Of a stretch of DNA of 64,000 nt, positions 1 through 12,794 are shown one piece after another. Each line of letters opens with the position of its first letter. Positions within the stretch are counted from its first letter, which is position 1. Source of the stretch: Dimorphilus gyrociliatus. Taxonomy: Eukaryota > Animalia > Annelida. The stretch is taken from the NCBI GenBank assembly GCA_904063045.1, contig CAJFCJ010000006.1, positions 1,246,097 through 1,310,096 of the forward strand, read 5' to 3'. The translations under genes were made by a program, and so were the position numbers. Under the pieces are notes generated by a model. That model was not told where the DNA came from. It worked only from the letters and a program-made list of their open reading frames with translations, and searched no databases.

Positions 1-3000
1 CTTCAATATCTTTTGCGTTGTCCCGTTTTTTCGCTTTTTTCCGCTTTCTGGATAGAATGAGGAGAAGTGCTACGATTACCCTGTTCTTGAATGCTTTTAC
101 GAATGTACTCTTGGTCTGTTTGAAGATTACCGAAGGTTCATATATGCTCATAGAGGTCATACGTAATTATTTTCGTTTTACCTTTTGAACATCCCGAAAT
201 GCGGCTACGATAAATTCTAGCAACAGTATGAGAACTGCCAAGCCTATCCCAACGGCTATGAAGTAGAACACTCCCAACAGACTTTCTAAAGTTTGCGATC
301 GGGCTGCCGTTTTAGAAGAGCCTAAAGAACGATAAGTGTCCTCTTTTAAGTATGCATAAACGATATACTAAAAATATACTGCATATATATTTAAAGAACA
401 GAAAGAAAAGAGGATGAAAATTTAGATGGGATTAGGCACTAACTAGATTGCGTAGCTGAGCAGGGTCCAGCAAACCATTTCCTGTGAAGCGTTTCTAAAT
501 ACCCGCTTTGTCGGAGCATTAAAATTTCCAATGTGAACGGCGTTAAGTAGGGACTGTTACGCTACGGATTGGCTTTGAAAGATCGTTTGAAGGGATTCAA
601 CACCCGCTTCTATTTTCAATGTTAAAAGACGAATCGTTAATTAGCCACCTAGAGTGAAGGCAATCAATTCTACCCTGTTCCCTTTCTATACCCCTTTTAA
701 ACCCCCCCATCGGATTCATTCTCAAATTATACGGTATTATGCATTCTACGAAGTCACTTTTATGAGTCGAAACCTTCAAAGCCAATCCGTAGCCAAATTT
801 ATTAAAATCGTTTCCGATAATTAAGGTATTACAAGGCTTGATGTTTGAAGCGTATTCCAAAGGGGCCGAATCCCATACAAATGCGTAACGTTCATCTGAA
901 AGAAAATGGTAATAAGAAATTACAAGATGAAATAAAAAAGGGCTATTAATCGAAAGTAATTAATTACTTTTGGGTTTCCCGTAGGACTCTTGAACTTTTC
1001 GAATGCCAGCTTCCGCTGTATCAACGTATGTTCCGTCGGCGTTCATAATTGCGAACATAGTTTTATAAGGATCTACCAGCTGTTGAGCGAAGAATCTCTG
1101 AGGGGCGGAATTTTTCACAGTTCCGTATTCAATATCTCTTTGTTTGGCTAAGTCGTTAACCGATTGAATTCCAGTATCCAATCGCTTTACCGTCAAAAAG
1201 GCGGCCAAATTAGCCGTATACGAAGCAGAGATAACCATTACTGCAAACCACCAAGTACCAAACACGATTCTGGCAGATAAGCATTTCGGATAAGTTTCAG
1301 TCCCTTGTTGCATCCAACACCCATAAGTCGCCCAGAGACTATTACATAAAGTAAGGTTCTCATGTTCCGTTTCGTTATCCAATTGAGCATAATATCCCAA
1401 GCTATAGGGACTAAGTCGACTGCAGATGCAAGTTATCACAGAACAAATAATAAAAGTGCCTACTACGGCTGCCCATAATCCCTTTTCAAAGGGCTCCAAG
1501 TATCCGTATATATTCACTTTCTCTACTTCCTTGGACAATAGTAATTTAAGCCCTAGGTCCATGTATGGTTTTGTAAAACCAACAACCTGTTGTCTCTCAT
1601 AATTTATAGTCAGGGGAGCAACAGCCATATCAATTTCCTCACTCATCACTTCGCCGATCAAGCCGTTCCATTTTTTTGTTTGAGGATCAAGTGTACCATA
1701 ACTACCATCCTTAACAATTTGAATTTCGTATTTAAATTTCAGATTTTCACTCAATTTCTCCAGCATATCTATGCAAAATCCCTTCAACCTCTGATTTTTA
1801 TTCTTGGAAAACATCATCTCATCCTTTGTCTTTCTCATGACAAAAGGACTTTCCTAATTTCGTTAAGAAAGTTAATTACGACAAATGTAAATAATACTAA
1901 TTAGTTGAAAAAAGATCTTACCAATATTGTTGTTATATTTAATGTAACGTTGTTCAAATTGATGACAGCATCACTTGGCGCTTTACGATTTTTTTTAAAG
2001 AACTGGGGAGATCTTTCCATTATAAGCTTGTAACCTTCATCTCTACCTTTGCCCCAGGTACCTACTCTTTCCCAACCTTTTTCTAATAGATTAACTATCT
2101 CATAAACAGGTTCTGGAGGATTATTAAAATTATCGAAAGATAATTTATTCATAGTTCCTTCGGATTGGATTTGTTTAATGTAATTTAGATATGAATTTCC
2201 GTCTGACCAATAATATTCAGACGTTCGCTGACAAATGTCCTTAACTGGATTCATAATTGTAAAATTATTGTTATCCGCTAACAAATTGTGCAGACCAATA
2301 GATGCTGCTAAAATGGAATCAAATAATCTCATTTCCGTCGCTTTCTGTGTTGTTTTTGAATAATTGGCCCATTTTGTTTGAAAGTATTCTTGGAGATTAC
2401 CGCTTCCGTATAGTGGTCTGACACCTACTAATCCAACAAGATGCTCAGGTACATCTAGGCACGAATCAAATAACTCCCCCTATAAATTAGATTTATGATG
2501 TGTTAAATGAATTATATATAGCAATGTATTATATGTATATAATCTGTAAGTACCACTACAGTGACGCCATCTGTCGCTAACCAAGCCCAATCTTTATTGA
2601 GTAGACCTAGCTCGCTTGCCTGTGACAGAATAATCCTGGCGTGGGTAGAGAGACAGTTCAAGACGACAATTCTAGTTCCTGAGACGATTAACTATTGGTC
2701 TAAATTTTGTCTTGAGGTTAATTATCTAGAATTCAATAAACTTACCACTCCTCTTTAACTTTATCAAACTCTGTGTGAGGTCAATTGACGTCAAATCAGA
2801 GCTGGGAGTGAAATAATGAATAGAATTGACCGTCCACTGTCTAATTGTTGCAATTTTTAATAATTCTCTTACTCCACTCCTACCTGTTTCGAGTACGTGA
2901 AAATGACGCATCAAAATCTAATAAATAAATCAACGAGGTTAAGTAAAGGATGAATAGTCGTATTCAATAAAGAAGTAAATCGGTTAACAATATGCAATAT

Positions 3001-3855
3001 GTATACAATACAATTAGAAAAAATCGCTTTATTTTACCGTAATCAGATGATGATGCTATTATTCCAAATCTAGACCATCCGTAATGCGCCATTGTATCAC
3101 CTAACACAAGAGATTGTACGTCGTCCGGAGCGCTCATCTTTAAGGAAATAAATGCTCCGTGACTAATGTGAAACTATAATCTGTCATAATATAAATCACT
3201 TTTAAGAGATATTGATACGTATCCGTGAATGATAACTCTGGATCGGTAGCTGTGGGAGTAATTTGTGGAATATGTAGACCATTGCTAATGCTTGATATTG
3301 TTTTCGTTGTTCCACTACTCAACGATCCAATAAATGCAACAATTCCATGAGTTGCTTGCCAACAAGCTGGATAAGGGAACATAATGATGAAAAACAGAAC
3401 AAAGCTCGTACTAATTGAAGATTATAAAATATACCTGCTTGTAAACTTTGAAAACTATGTAATACGTTTGTAATGTTGATCAAGTAGTTAACAGTTGTGT
3501 TAGGTAAAATCTTACTATTAGTGTTGATGTATTCAATAGCCATGTCGACAGCTTTAATTGCATCATCTTTATCAGTTGATTCGCTGATTATTACACCTGT
3601 ACAAGTAAGAACATTCACAAATAAAGGACGAACAATAATGGGTAATAGAACTTACCAAATGTAACGTTTCCAGGAATATTTTGAGGTGAAACTTGTAAAC
3701 AAAGAATAGATATAGTGTAAATTGATAAAAAAATCCAAGATCCTACACGAAAGCTGTTTAAAAGTGACAAAACAGAATTAAAAAATTATTTAGTACAAGA
3801 ATAAAGCAAAGGCGATTAAAAAATAAAGAAAATATCTGAAGCCTGACTTTTTCAT
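1..3855 (-). CDS. Ionotropic glutamate receptor subunit, delta/AKDF-like; multi-exon; C-terminus runs off the window start
   Basis: Spliced exons give a signal peptide, the ATD, S1 (TTILESPFVM; DMAVAPLTINYER), M1, the pore loop WMQQG, M3 SYTANLAAFLT, S2 (YGTVKNSAP; AFVWDSAPLEY; GYGLAL) and M4 (LLGVFYFIAVGIGLAVLILLLEF). The start codon near 3855 is tentative. Confidence 0.95.
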
Positions 3856-5112
3856 GTCGATGCCATAAAGCTAAATGAGTTGAAAGCGCGCGTAAGTACT
3901 TTATTAATGCATATACATTAGTTAATAATGATAAAATATAAGAATATAATATAAGTATACATAAAATATAACAGATGTGAATACAAACAATAAAAGTATT
4001 CTCTAAGGAGTTTAACCAAAAGTTAAGGTGGTTTCTATTTATTAGCTAAATTTTATCTTAATAATTGAAAAACAATTTATTTTTTCCCTATGAATATTTG
4101 ATGTATTCTGTTACTATCATTCATACAAAATTATTTGAAAATAATTTATATCACGTGATCTAACTCTTAGCCAATCTTACTGTGGGTGTACTAATAAATC
4201 TAACACATTTAACGAACAGAGCTTCATATAAACATGATTCAAGCTAGAATTATGGTAAACATATTATGTTTAAATAAAAATTAAAATCGATTGAGCATAA
4301 AAGTTGTTTTATTAAAAAAAAAAAGAGTTTCAATATATGTGTTACATGTTTTTAATCTTTTAAAAACTATCAACAAAAATAATACTTGTTTATTAAGTTA
4401 TTTAAATTTATTTAAATTAGTTGAATGTTTATGAATAGATTAACGAATGATAAAAAAGATGGAATCTGAGAAAAATTGCGGAGAAAGTCAAGATATGCAC
4501 TTTAGTTTTCTTTCTCCGAGTTTTATTAATCACAGTCATGATATTTGCGTTAAAGGTTTTCTTTATATTTATATATGTCGTATTATATAAAATCTTCGCT
4601 AATATTTATCGTTAAAAAAGAATTGGAAAGCCTTAAGATTAGTTCAAAAAGCGTAGGTAATTTCCAGGAAAAGCCTACAGGGAGATGGACAAAAGAATTC
4701 GCCGCTAATTTCCTTTCATCCTATTCAGGTATATTGGCGTTATGTTTTCATATTATTAATTATAAATGGTATGTAACACCTGTCAGAAAGTGGTATTGTT
4801 CCTTTCTTAGTGAAGAATGATTGTTGTATTTATATCAAACAATTAAGAAAATGGACTCCAAATTACGTGAGTCGTGATGAATTACTTAATTAATAAGGTT
4901 GAATAGAATTAATTTTTAATTAAAGATCAAATTGGGACTTATTGGAAATGAAGACTACGTTGGAAGCTGGGACTATAGAAAGAGTATTAAAGGCCTAAAC
5001 CATCCTGCTAATTCGGGTTTCTTAGTTTGAATTTCTATCTTTTATATTATTTATTAGAAAAGTTATTATCATAATGAATTATTCAAGTCGATATTTGTGT
5101 TATTCTTACTAG

Positions 5113-7488
5113 ATAACTGGTACTTGCCTTTATTGATTCCTCTCAATGGAAATAAATCTATAATAAAGCTTATAGCAATGGATGAAAGGAATGACTCAAT
5201 TCATTACCTAGAGGTATAACTTGTGGTTGATTGTCAATAATTGATTCTGAAATTGTTTATTATATTTATATCTTGTTTTGGTTTATTAGATGGAAGATAT
5301 CAGAGAAATTAGTCATGTGAGATTGAAAGCAGGTGAAATAATATTGGAAAAAACTACATTGCCTTTAAAAAAGAATGAAAATAACCTAATTGTTAAAATA
5401 AAACCTTACGATGAATTAAGTAAGAACAATTGATTATTATAAATAAATTAAATACAACAATTGTACATTTTTTAATGTCACATAAGTAGATTCCCTACTT
5501 AATGATATAGTTCAAAATATCTATAGTAATCTAATAGTATTAGGTAAGTGTTTATATAAATAAACTATAAGACTCTCACATTATTATCAAACTTTTAATG
5601 AATGATAACGAAATTCTTAAAAGGTTCTTAATTATTTTTTTTTAAATAACTTTTCTTTTATCTTCTAGATGATAAATTTTCTATAAGAAATGAAAAATTA
5701 ACGTATTCTATTAATCACAAATCCCTAACTACGCAATGTTTACAATCTAAAGAGTTTGAAAATTGTAATAATAGCTATGTTGATTCGATAGATAAAACTT
5801 ATCCTTATAAAATGTTAAATGAACAAATAGGTCACGGAAGCGAAAGATTTAAAAAACGAAGCAAATGGAACAAAATGATTTCTTCCATATCTTTAAATAC
5901 TAATGATAATGGAAGTTGTAATAGGTCTTTTGAAGATTCCATTAGCTTTAATTGCAACTCGAATAATAATAATAATAGTAAGAAAAAAAAGAAGAAAAAG
6001 GCCAAGGCTAAAGATAAAAAGGCTAAAATCGTTGTACACATAGATGACAGCGCTGTTAAACAGGATATGGATGCTGACAAAGGAACAGCCTCTGAAAATA
6101 ATCTGAAGAATAGAGAAGAAAATATCTTCATGGGGGACAGCATTACTGAAAGCAATGATATCTTAGTCTATACAGCTATGACAGACGAAGGAGCTGCTGG
6201 CGATATAAGTTCGCTTCTGACTAAAAAGATGAAAGAAGAAGAAGAAGAAGAAGAAAACTTAAATAGTTCTATAATAAAAGAAGAAACTGACTCTAAATCT
6301 CTTCCAAAGATACCGTATGAAGAACTTTTAGAAAATATTATTAGATCGCTTAATCTACCTCTCTGGATTGCCAAACAACTTGCAAAGTGGAGATATAAGA
6401 TTAAAAGTGACAAAAAGTTAGACATACGACAAGTATCTAGTAGTTACAAGAACTTTCCTGCTGTACCAAAGCCATCCGCCGATGAGATATATACGCACTT
6501 AAACGTTTCAAGAACGATAAGCGACGATTTAACCAGTATTACCCACATTCTCTCTCAGATACAATCTTTACCAAATCCTACTAATGATAATGAGAGCGAT
6601 TTTACAAAATACCCTGGGGAGATTGATAAAAATGAGAAAGAAGATATTAACAACAGTGTGTCAGAAAGTTCATTTAGTAACGAAAACGTAAATTGGAAGC
6701 CAAGTCAACATTGTCACTCAAATATGTCGGATCTGAATGATAATCCTAGTCCTTTATCTCAAAATCAAGTAATCGAAGAAAGGGAAAAGAATATCCAGTT
6801 ACAACATAAAAGGACTGATAGCCCATGTCATAGCGGGGAGGATACGGGCGTAAGAATTACGGATCAAGATATTTATTTTACAAGAGACTCAGAAATTTCT
6901 TTTAGTTTGAACTCTAAAGAAAGTGAAAAAGATTTAATGATTCCTAAAATTCGAGTTGTTGACGAACATGACAAGGTTATTAATATTCCAGAAGAATATA
7001 TTCAATTCCCTTCAACATTGACATACGATGATAAATGTAAACGTACCAAATTACAGTTTGATAAAAGGCAAAATACCTTAACAAAACAATTTAAATCGAC
7101 TGGAACTGAAACTGTAAACCTCAAAGCAGATGTTGAACATTTGCTAGTCAACTTAATCGACAATGAACTTGATAAAAGAAAGAAAACTAGACAAGAAACC
7201 CCTGCGGACGATGTTATTTTGAAACACAATACTGATAAAATAGGTAATGAATTTCCCTCCGATAATCAATCATCAGAAAACAATTTAGATTATCGTACAA
7301 CGACAAATCGAATTAAACCTAATAAACTACCAATCGTCTTATTAAAGAAAGTTGAAAGTACTAATGAAATTCGTTTAGAAAATAATGAAGAAAATAAAAC
7401 TAAACATGGATCGTTAAAAAAAAGCAAAACAATTAGAGAATATCTAACATTATGTAAATGTACTTGTGCTACCGCAAAAAGAGCTTAG
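5113..7488 (+). CDS. Uncharacterised low-complexity, charged protein; several short 5' exons plus a long terminal exon
   Basis: 558-aa ORF with poly-K and poly-E tracts that extends in frame back to an acceptor near 5670. Short in-frame GT-AG exons at about 5113, 5290 and 5490. No recognisable domain; the true start is not resolved. Confidence 0.6.
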
Positions 7489-7813
7489 TCAGGCTTTTTA
7501 TTCTATTTTTTAACACTTTATTTAATATATTATTCAATATAATATACCATAAATTTATGTTTTACATAAATAATGAAATTTGTGTTTCTTTGAATTTAGC
7601 GCATAAAACCTGCACAAATTTTCAGCATATTAAATAAGTATTTATATAGTTTGAAAAAAGTATTGAATTCATAATATAAATTTGATTTTTATATATTTTT
7701 CAAATTTATTTAAGCTTTTTATTTATATTTATAAATATACGTATAAAGTTATATATTTATAGAGGGAGGAACAGAGACATAAAGAGATGATGTTTTATAA
7801 ATAATATAGTTTA

Positions 7814-8758
7814 TTGGAAGAGAAGGGAATGACCTCTACACAATTTACATCTAATAGTAGTAACGATGACATTAATAATGCTGAACAGATTGGTTATGAA
7901 TTGATTGAATGTGCATCAGTCTCAGTTCAAACTGATTATCCTTTTCCTTGTATATCTATTGAGCATCAAGCAAATTCTGATTGTGTACCTGATTCATTTT
8001 TTTTAAGGAGTTGTCCGACATTTAACGAATACGATACTAGGCCATTCTCTTATTCGACTAATGAAAGCGATGAGTTAATTGATGAGGGATATAATTATAA
8101 TACTATTGGGGAAAAGGAGAATGAATTCAGTCAAGAGTCGTACAGAGATTCTACTAGTATTTCCCATCTACCTGACAATATGTTAGATGCGAATGATGAA
8201 CAATTAAGTGCTAATCGATACAATAACACAACAAAACCGATAACTAAACTTGGGATGGAAAGTCGTCAACAGATTAGTACAACAATGTTCAAGTTTAAAG
8301 CTAATGCCAAAAAAACATCAAATGAAACTTCACTTAGCGAAAGTCAAGATAAGATTGAATCATTGAAAGAAAGGTCATTTCAAGATGAACTTTCTACTTT
8401 AGGGTTAGAAAATTCCATTGTGGAAGATATAGAAAAATTTGACGATGGAATTGTTGAGCATTCATATGCTATCCCTAAATTTAAAGAGCTACCAGATTTT
8501 TCAAAGAAAATTCCCCTAAGAGATGGTCTCCAACAGAAAATGTCGGAAAGTAAGCGCTCAATCATTCCTGTAATTGATAGTCCCTTTAGTACGGATAGAC
8601 CAAGGGAATTACCTCCAACTAGAGAGAGTAGTAGCCATACAAGTTCCAATGATTTAACTACTACATTACAAACTGATCAAATCGATTCAGAACCTGAGGA
8701 TAATTCGATAAAACATGGAAATTCACTTATAAATCATAATATAGACGCCGAGTATTAA
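7814..8758 (+). CDS. Uncharacterised Ser/Thr/Glu-rich, probably disordered protein
   Basis: 314-aa open frame in AT-rich DNA. It may be a separate gene or a last exon of the upstream gene. Confidence 0.55.
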   Translation: MEEKGMTSTQFTSNSSNDDINNAEQIGYELIECASVSVQTDYPFPCISIEHQANSDCVPDSFFLRSCPTFNEYDTRPFSYSTNESDELIDEGYNYNTIGEKENEFSQESYRDSTSISHLPDNMLDANDEQLSANRYNNTTKPITKLGMESRQQISTTMFKFKANAKKTSNETSLSESQDKIESLKERSFQDELSTLGLENSIVEDIEKFDDGIVEHSYAIPKFKELPDFSKKIPLRDGLQQKMSESKRSIIPVIDSPFSTDRPRELPPTRESSSHTSSNDLTTTLQTDQIDSEPEDNSIKHGNSLINHNIDAEY

Positions 8759-8982
8759 TTTAGCATTTTACACCTTACAACTCATTTAGTTCATTTTAAT
8801 TTAGACCTTTAAAAATGGTAAACTTAATAATTGGCGTCTAAAACAAACAATAAAGTTCGAAAGTTTTTAACGAAAGGCAAAAATCTCATAAAGAAAGTGT
8901 CTATTTAGATTTAAATAGGCTAAAATCATCAGTTCTACCTAGGAGATCTTTAAAACTGGTAAATACTGCAAGAGGAAGAAAG

Positions 8983-10360
8983 ATGGCCAACTATACATGT
9001 TCAAAACAAGAGGGAATTTTAATGGCCGATAGCGAAGGTCCAATTTTTTCCAGTTCTAAAGAAATAAACAGAGATGAGATAAAGAATTATTTTAAATTTG
9101 AAAAAGATAAGAAAAGATTCAACTGGATTATAGGTTTTCTGATATTCTCTATATTAATTGGTCTTATTCATTCATCTACTCTAATTAGTCTCAGTAAGGC
9201 GGAAAGAAGTTTCTTACATTTCTTTCATCCCATCCTCCACATTAATGAAACAACTAACAACTCATTAAACATAAACTTAATATCCTTACTTGGTATACTA
9301 GTGATAATATTACATTTACTTGAATTATTAGCAATTGGTGCTTATCTAATTAATAGGAAATATTTATTAACATCTTTTACAGTATCCATTGGCTGGGCAG
9401 TTATAAATATAATATTAATCTTTTGCATCTTTCTATGCCTTATTTTTCATATATCAAATTATCAAATGAAAGTGTTTAGGTGATTAAAAGCTTTATACTA
9501 AACATTGAAAATGTTGAGCTTTATATTATTATTAATAAATACTTTCAATTCAACATAGGGATTCTATTTTAAAGAATTACGAAATGTTTGTATCGGGTGC
9601 ACAAAGGATAAAAATGGATTATATACAACACTCATTTCAGTGTTGCGGTATTAAATCGCTATATGATTGGATTGGTCAAATTGGAAGTGATACTGTTCCG
9701 TTATCTTGTTGTCAATCAGTATCCAATTGCAGTCATTTTAGATTACTTAAAGGTCAATTTGATCAGAAGTACTTTAAAACTCTCAAGATAATTAATGAAT
9801 CCACTATATTTCCTATTGGCTGTGAGAAGATTGTTATTAATTACAAAACGTATTTTTTAAGAGAGATATCGTTTTCATTACTGTTTAATATCCTTAATAA
9901 TAGTTTCATACTAATAATTCATTATAAATTTACAAGAAAAATGGCAAAATTACTGTCCAATGATCATATTTCTGATATTTTTATAAATTTATCACAACAT
10001 GTTGTTATTCGCATTAAACGACAAAACGTCCTCCTTGAAGAGGATGAATTCTGGAGACAAATCTATTATGGCAATATTGAGGATGAAGTTTTTATGGAAA
10101 TGGATAGGGTACATCACAAAGTTTCGCCAATAGCTCAGAATATGAGATTATCTGTAAATAATAGACACAAATTGAAACTCAACAAGAGACCGGATATTCA
10201 AGCTGAGGTTCTTTCCTCCATATCACAATCGAATAGTGGGAATGCTAGCAGGGGTCCTAGTAGTAGCCTTGACATTATGGAATCTTCTATTAATGGTAAT
10301 TCTGAAAATGAGGAAAATACTGAGTCAGCTACATCACTTAATGTGAAAAGAAGATCTTAG
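8983..10360 (+). CDS. Divergent tetraspanin-family protein with a long C-terminal tail; two exons
   Basis: Three hydrophobic segments in exon 1, and an intron at about 9481-9559 that joins in frame (KVFR-DSILKNYE). The large loop has FQCCG, PLSCC and a later GC, followed by a fourth TM segment. Confidence 0.8.
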
Positions 10361-10797
10361 AAATCTTAAAAAATGTGGCTAACGCTTTTCAAACACTTCT
10401 TTTACATAACTAGCCCTTAATTAGCCAGATTTTTCATTCAATTTCACCCTATAAACGTAAAGTGTGCACTAGACTCTTGAACCAAAAAAAAACATGTTTG
10501 CAATCGCTCATAAGTTTGACTTGTTCCTTTGTGTTTCATTACATTCAATATTCAATAATTTATCATTTTATTTTATGTACTATACTTAGTACTATCCTTT
10601 TGTATTAATATATTAATTTTCCTGATGGGTTAATTAAGGGGAAATCCCGTTTTTACAGCCGAGACAATAATAATATTCATTTGAAATTGTATAGCCAGAG
10701 TAAAATAGCGGGAATAACTTATTGATTTTCTACTTAGCAAAATTTCCGTTTCCGGTGAGTTTTAGAGCGGGAACTTTTACGTTATTTTTTAGCCGAT

Positions 10798-11779
10798 ATG
10801 GATATTTCTCCCTACACTAAAGATTTTTCTAAAAACTATTTGATCGAAGGAAAAATTCCTGACATTTGCAAAACGGAAAAATGCATTGCTGGTATAGATG
10901 AAGCTGGAAGAGGACCAGTTCTGGGTATATTGAGCGATAATTCGGTTTACAATAATTTTTACATATTGTATAATAATAGGTCCTATGGTTTATGGTCTAT
11001 GTATATGCCCAGTCTCAAAGAAGGAAGACCTAAAGAATATGTCATTTGCAGGTATTACAAATAATTGATCACTATAGTAAAGCATATCTACTTCAAATGT
11101 TTCTTCTTTAGATTCAAAAACATTAAATGAACAGCAAAGGGACGATTTAATGCAAGAGCTTATGAAGGCGACTGATTACGGATATTTAGTTCATGCTTTA
11201 TCATCTAGATTTATTTCTAATTCAATGCTGGGAAGAACAAAATACAATTTAAATGCACTTTCTCATGATACAGCTATTGGTTTAGTAGAGAGAGCTATAC
11301 AGAATGGTGTTCAAATTGATGAACTATACGTAGATACGGTTGGAGATCCCACAAAATATGAACAAAAACTAAAGAACATTTGGCCAGATATCGATATAAC
11401 AGTATCGAAAAAAGCTGATGCAAAATATCCTGTAGTCAGTGCGGCAAGTATATGTGCGAAAACCGTTCGGGATGCATTCATTTTCGAGTGGAAGAAATTG
11501 AATAATGCAGAAGCTGGATCTGGTTACACGTCTGATCCTCATACTAAAACCTATTTAGCTAATAACTACGACGAGGTTTTCGGATATCCTACATTTGTTC
11601 GGACAAGTTGGGCAACCTGTTCAAAGTTGATGGATGAAAAATGTATAACTGTAAGTTGGCCAGACGAAGAGGACAATGCAAAACAAGGAAAATCTTCGTT
11701 ACAAAACTATATGAAAAATACTCGGCAGCGTTATATGTATTTTAATGAACGGTGTTTATCAAACGCTAAAAATTTTTAG
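10798..11779 (+). CDS. RNASEH2A: Ribonuclease H2 catalytic subunit A; three exons
   Basis: GIDEAGRGPVLG-PMVY, DSKTLNE, YVDTVGD, KKADAKYPVVSAASICAK and GSGYTSDP motifs, with short GT-AG introns. Confidence 0.97.
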
Positions 11780-12794
11780 GCACATTGTTTTTACGACTAT
11801 TCTTTTTATATTTTTTTAAACAATATCTTTATTATAAATAAGAATAAAAAGTATTTGTTACTATTACAGATATTATCTTATAAGTTTTGAGATGAAGCAT
11901 AGATTAAGCAATAAAAACACTTGAATTTTGATTTTGAATACTCTATCTCGTTTTTATTTAGGTTTTAACTACAAAACACTCTTCTTCCTTTTTAAGTATA
12001 TTTATATAAACAATAAATAAATATGTTAAAACTGATACATAATATGCAAACCAATAGTTTATTAGTAACACTATTTTTCCATATGCAAATCATGCAGTAA
12101 CACTTTTTTCTAACAGTATTTTGACTAGACTTAAGGTAATGGCTTGAAATTTGTACCAGATGATTGAGTAGTGTGATATTTACCATTTTTTATTACATGA
12201 ACACCATATATATATATAAACATATGCATATATATTTAAATGTTTACAGATAGATTGATTTTCTATATATATATATAGATATTTCTACTTAAACGTTTGT
12301 TACATTGTCAACACCTACAAGGTAACTTATAAAAACTCTATTAATATATCTTAATATATATATATTTATACAATTTACTCATTAAATTTCAAATATATCA
12401 TAATAAATGTGAGTGGTCAACACAATCTTTAATCTTGATATATTGAAAGCATTCTAGTGGTATCGAGAGATAATATAATACTCTTTTTATTGTTGTGATT
12501 AATAAAAGAATCTATAAATTAGCTTATTTAAATCTTTAATAGTCTATAATTCCTTTATTTAAACACATATTTAAAATATTTTCGACCATTAACTTATTAA
12601 TTTCGAAAATAATTTTAATGAATAAATTCTTATATTTTACTTATCTCTATTGAATTATTAAATGAATATAGAGCATAATAATGATTTTAAGCATTCAGTT
12701 TGTAAGTTTATTTAACTTTTCTTCCCAACAGTTATATAAATAATAGCGCAAGACCGACTAAATCACTGAGCGATAATTAGCGATTAATTCAAAA

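Noticed and set aside
11992-12186. 64-aa minus-strand ORF between RNASEH2A and EOGT
   Set aside because: AT-rich, intergenic-like composition with no splice or homology support.
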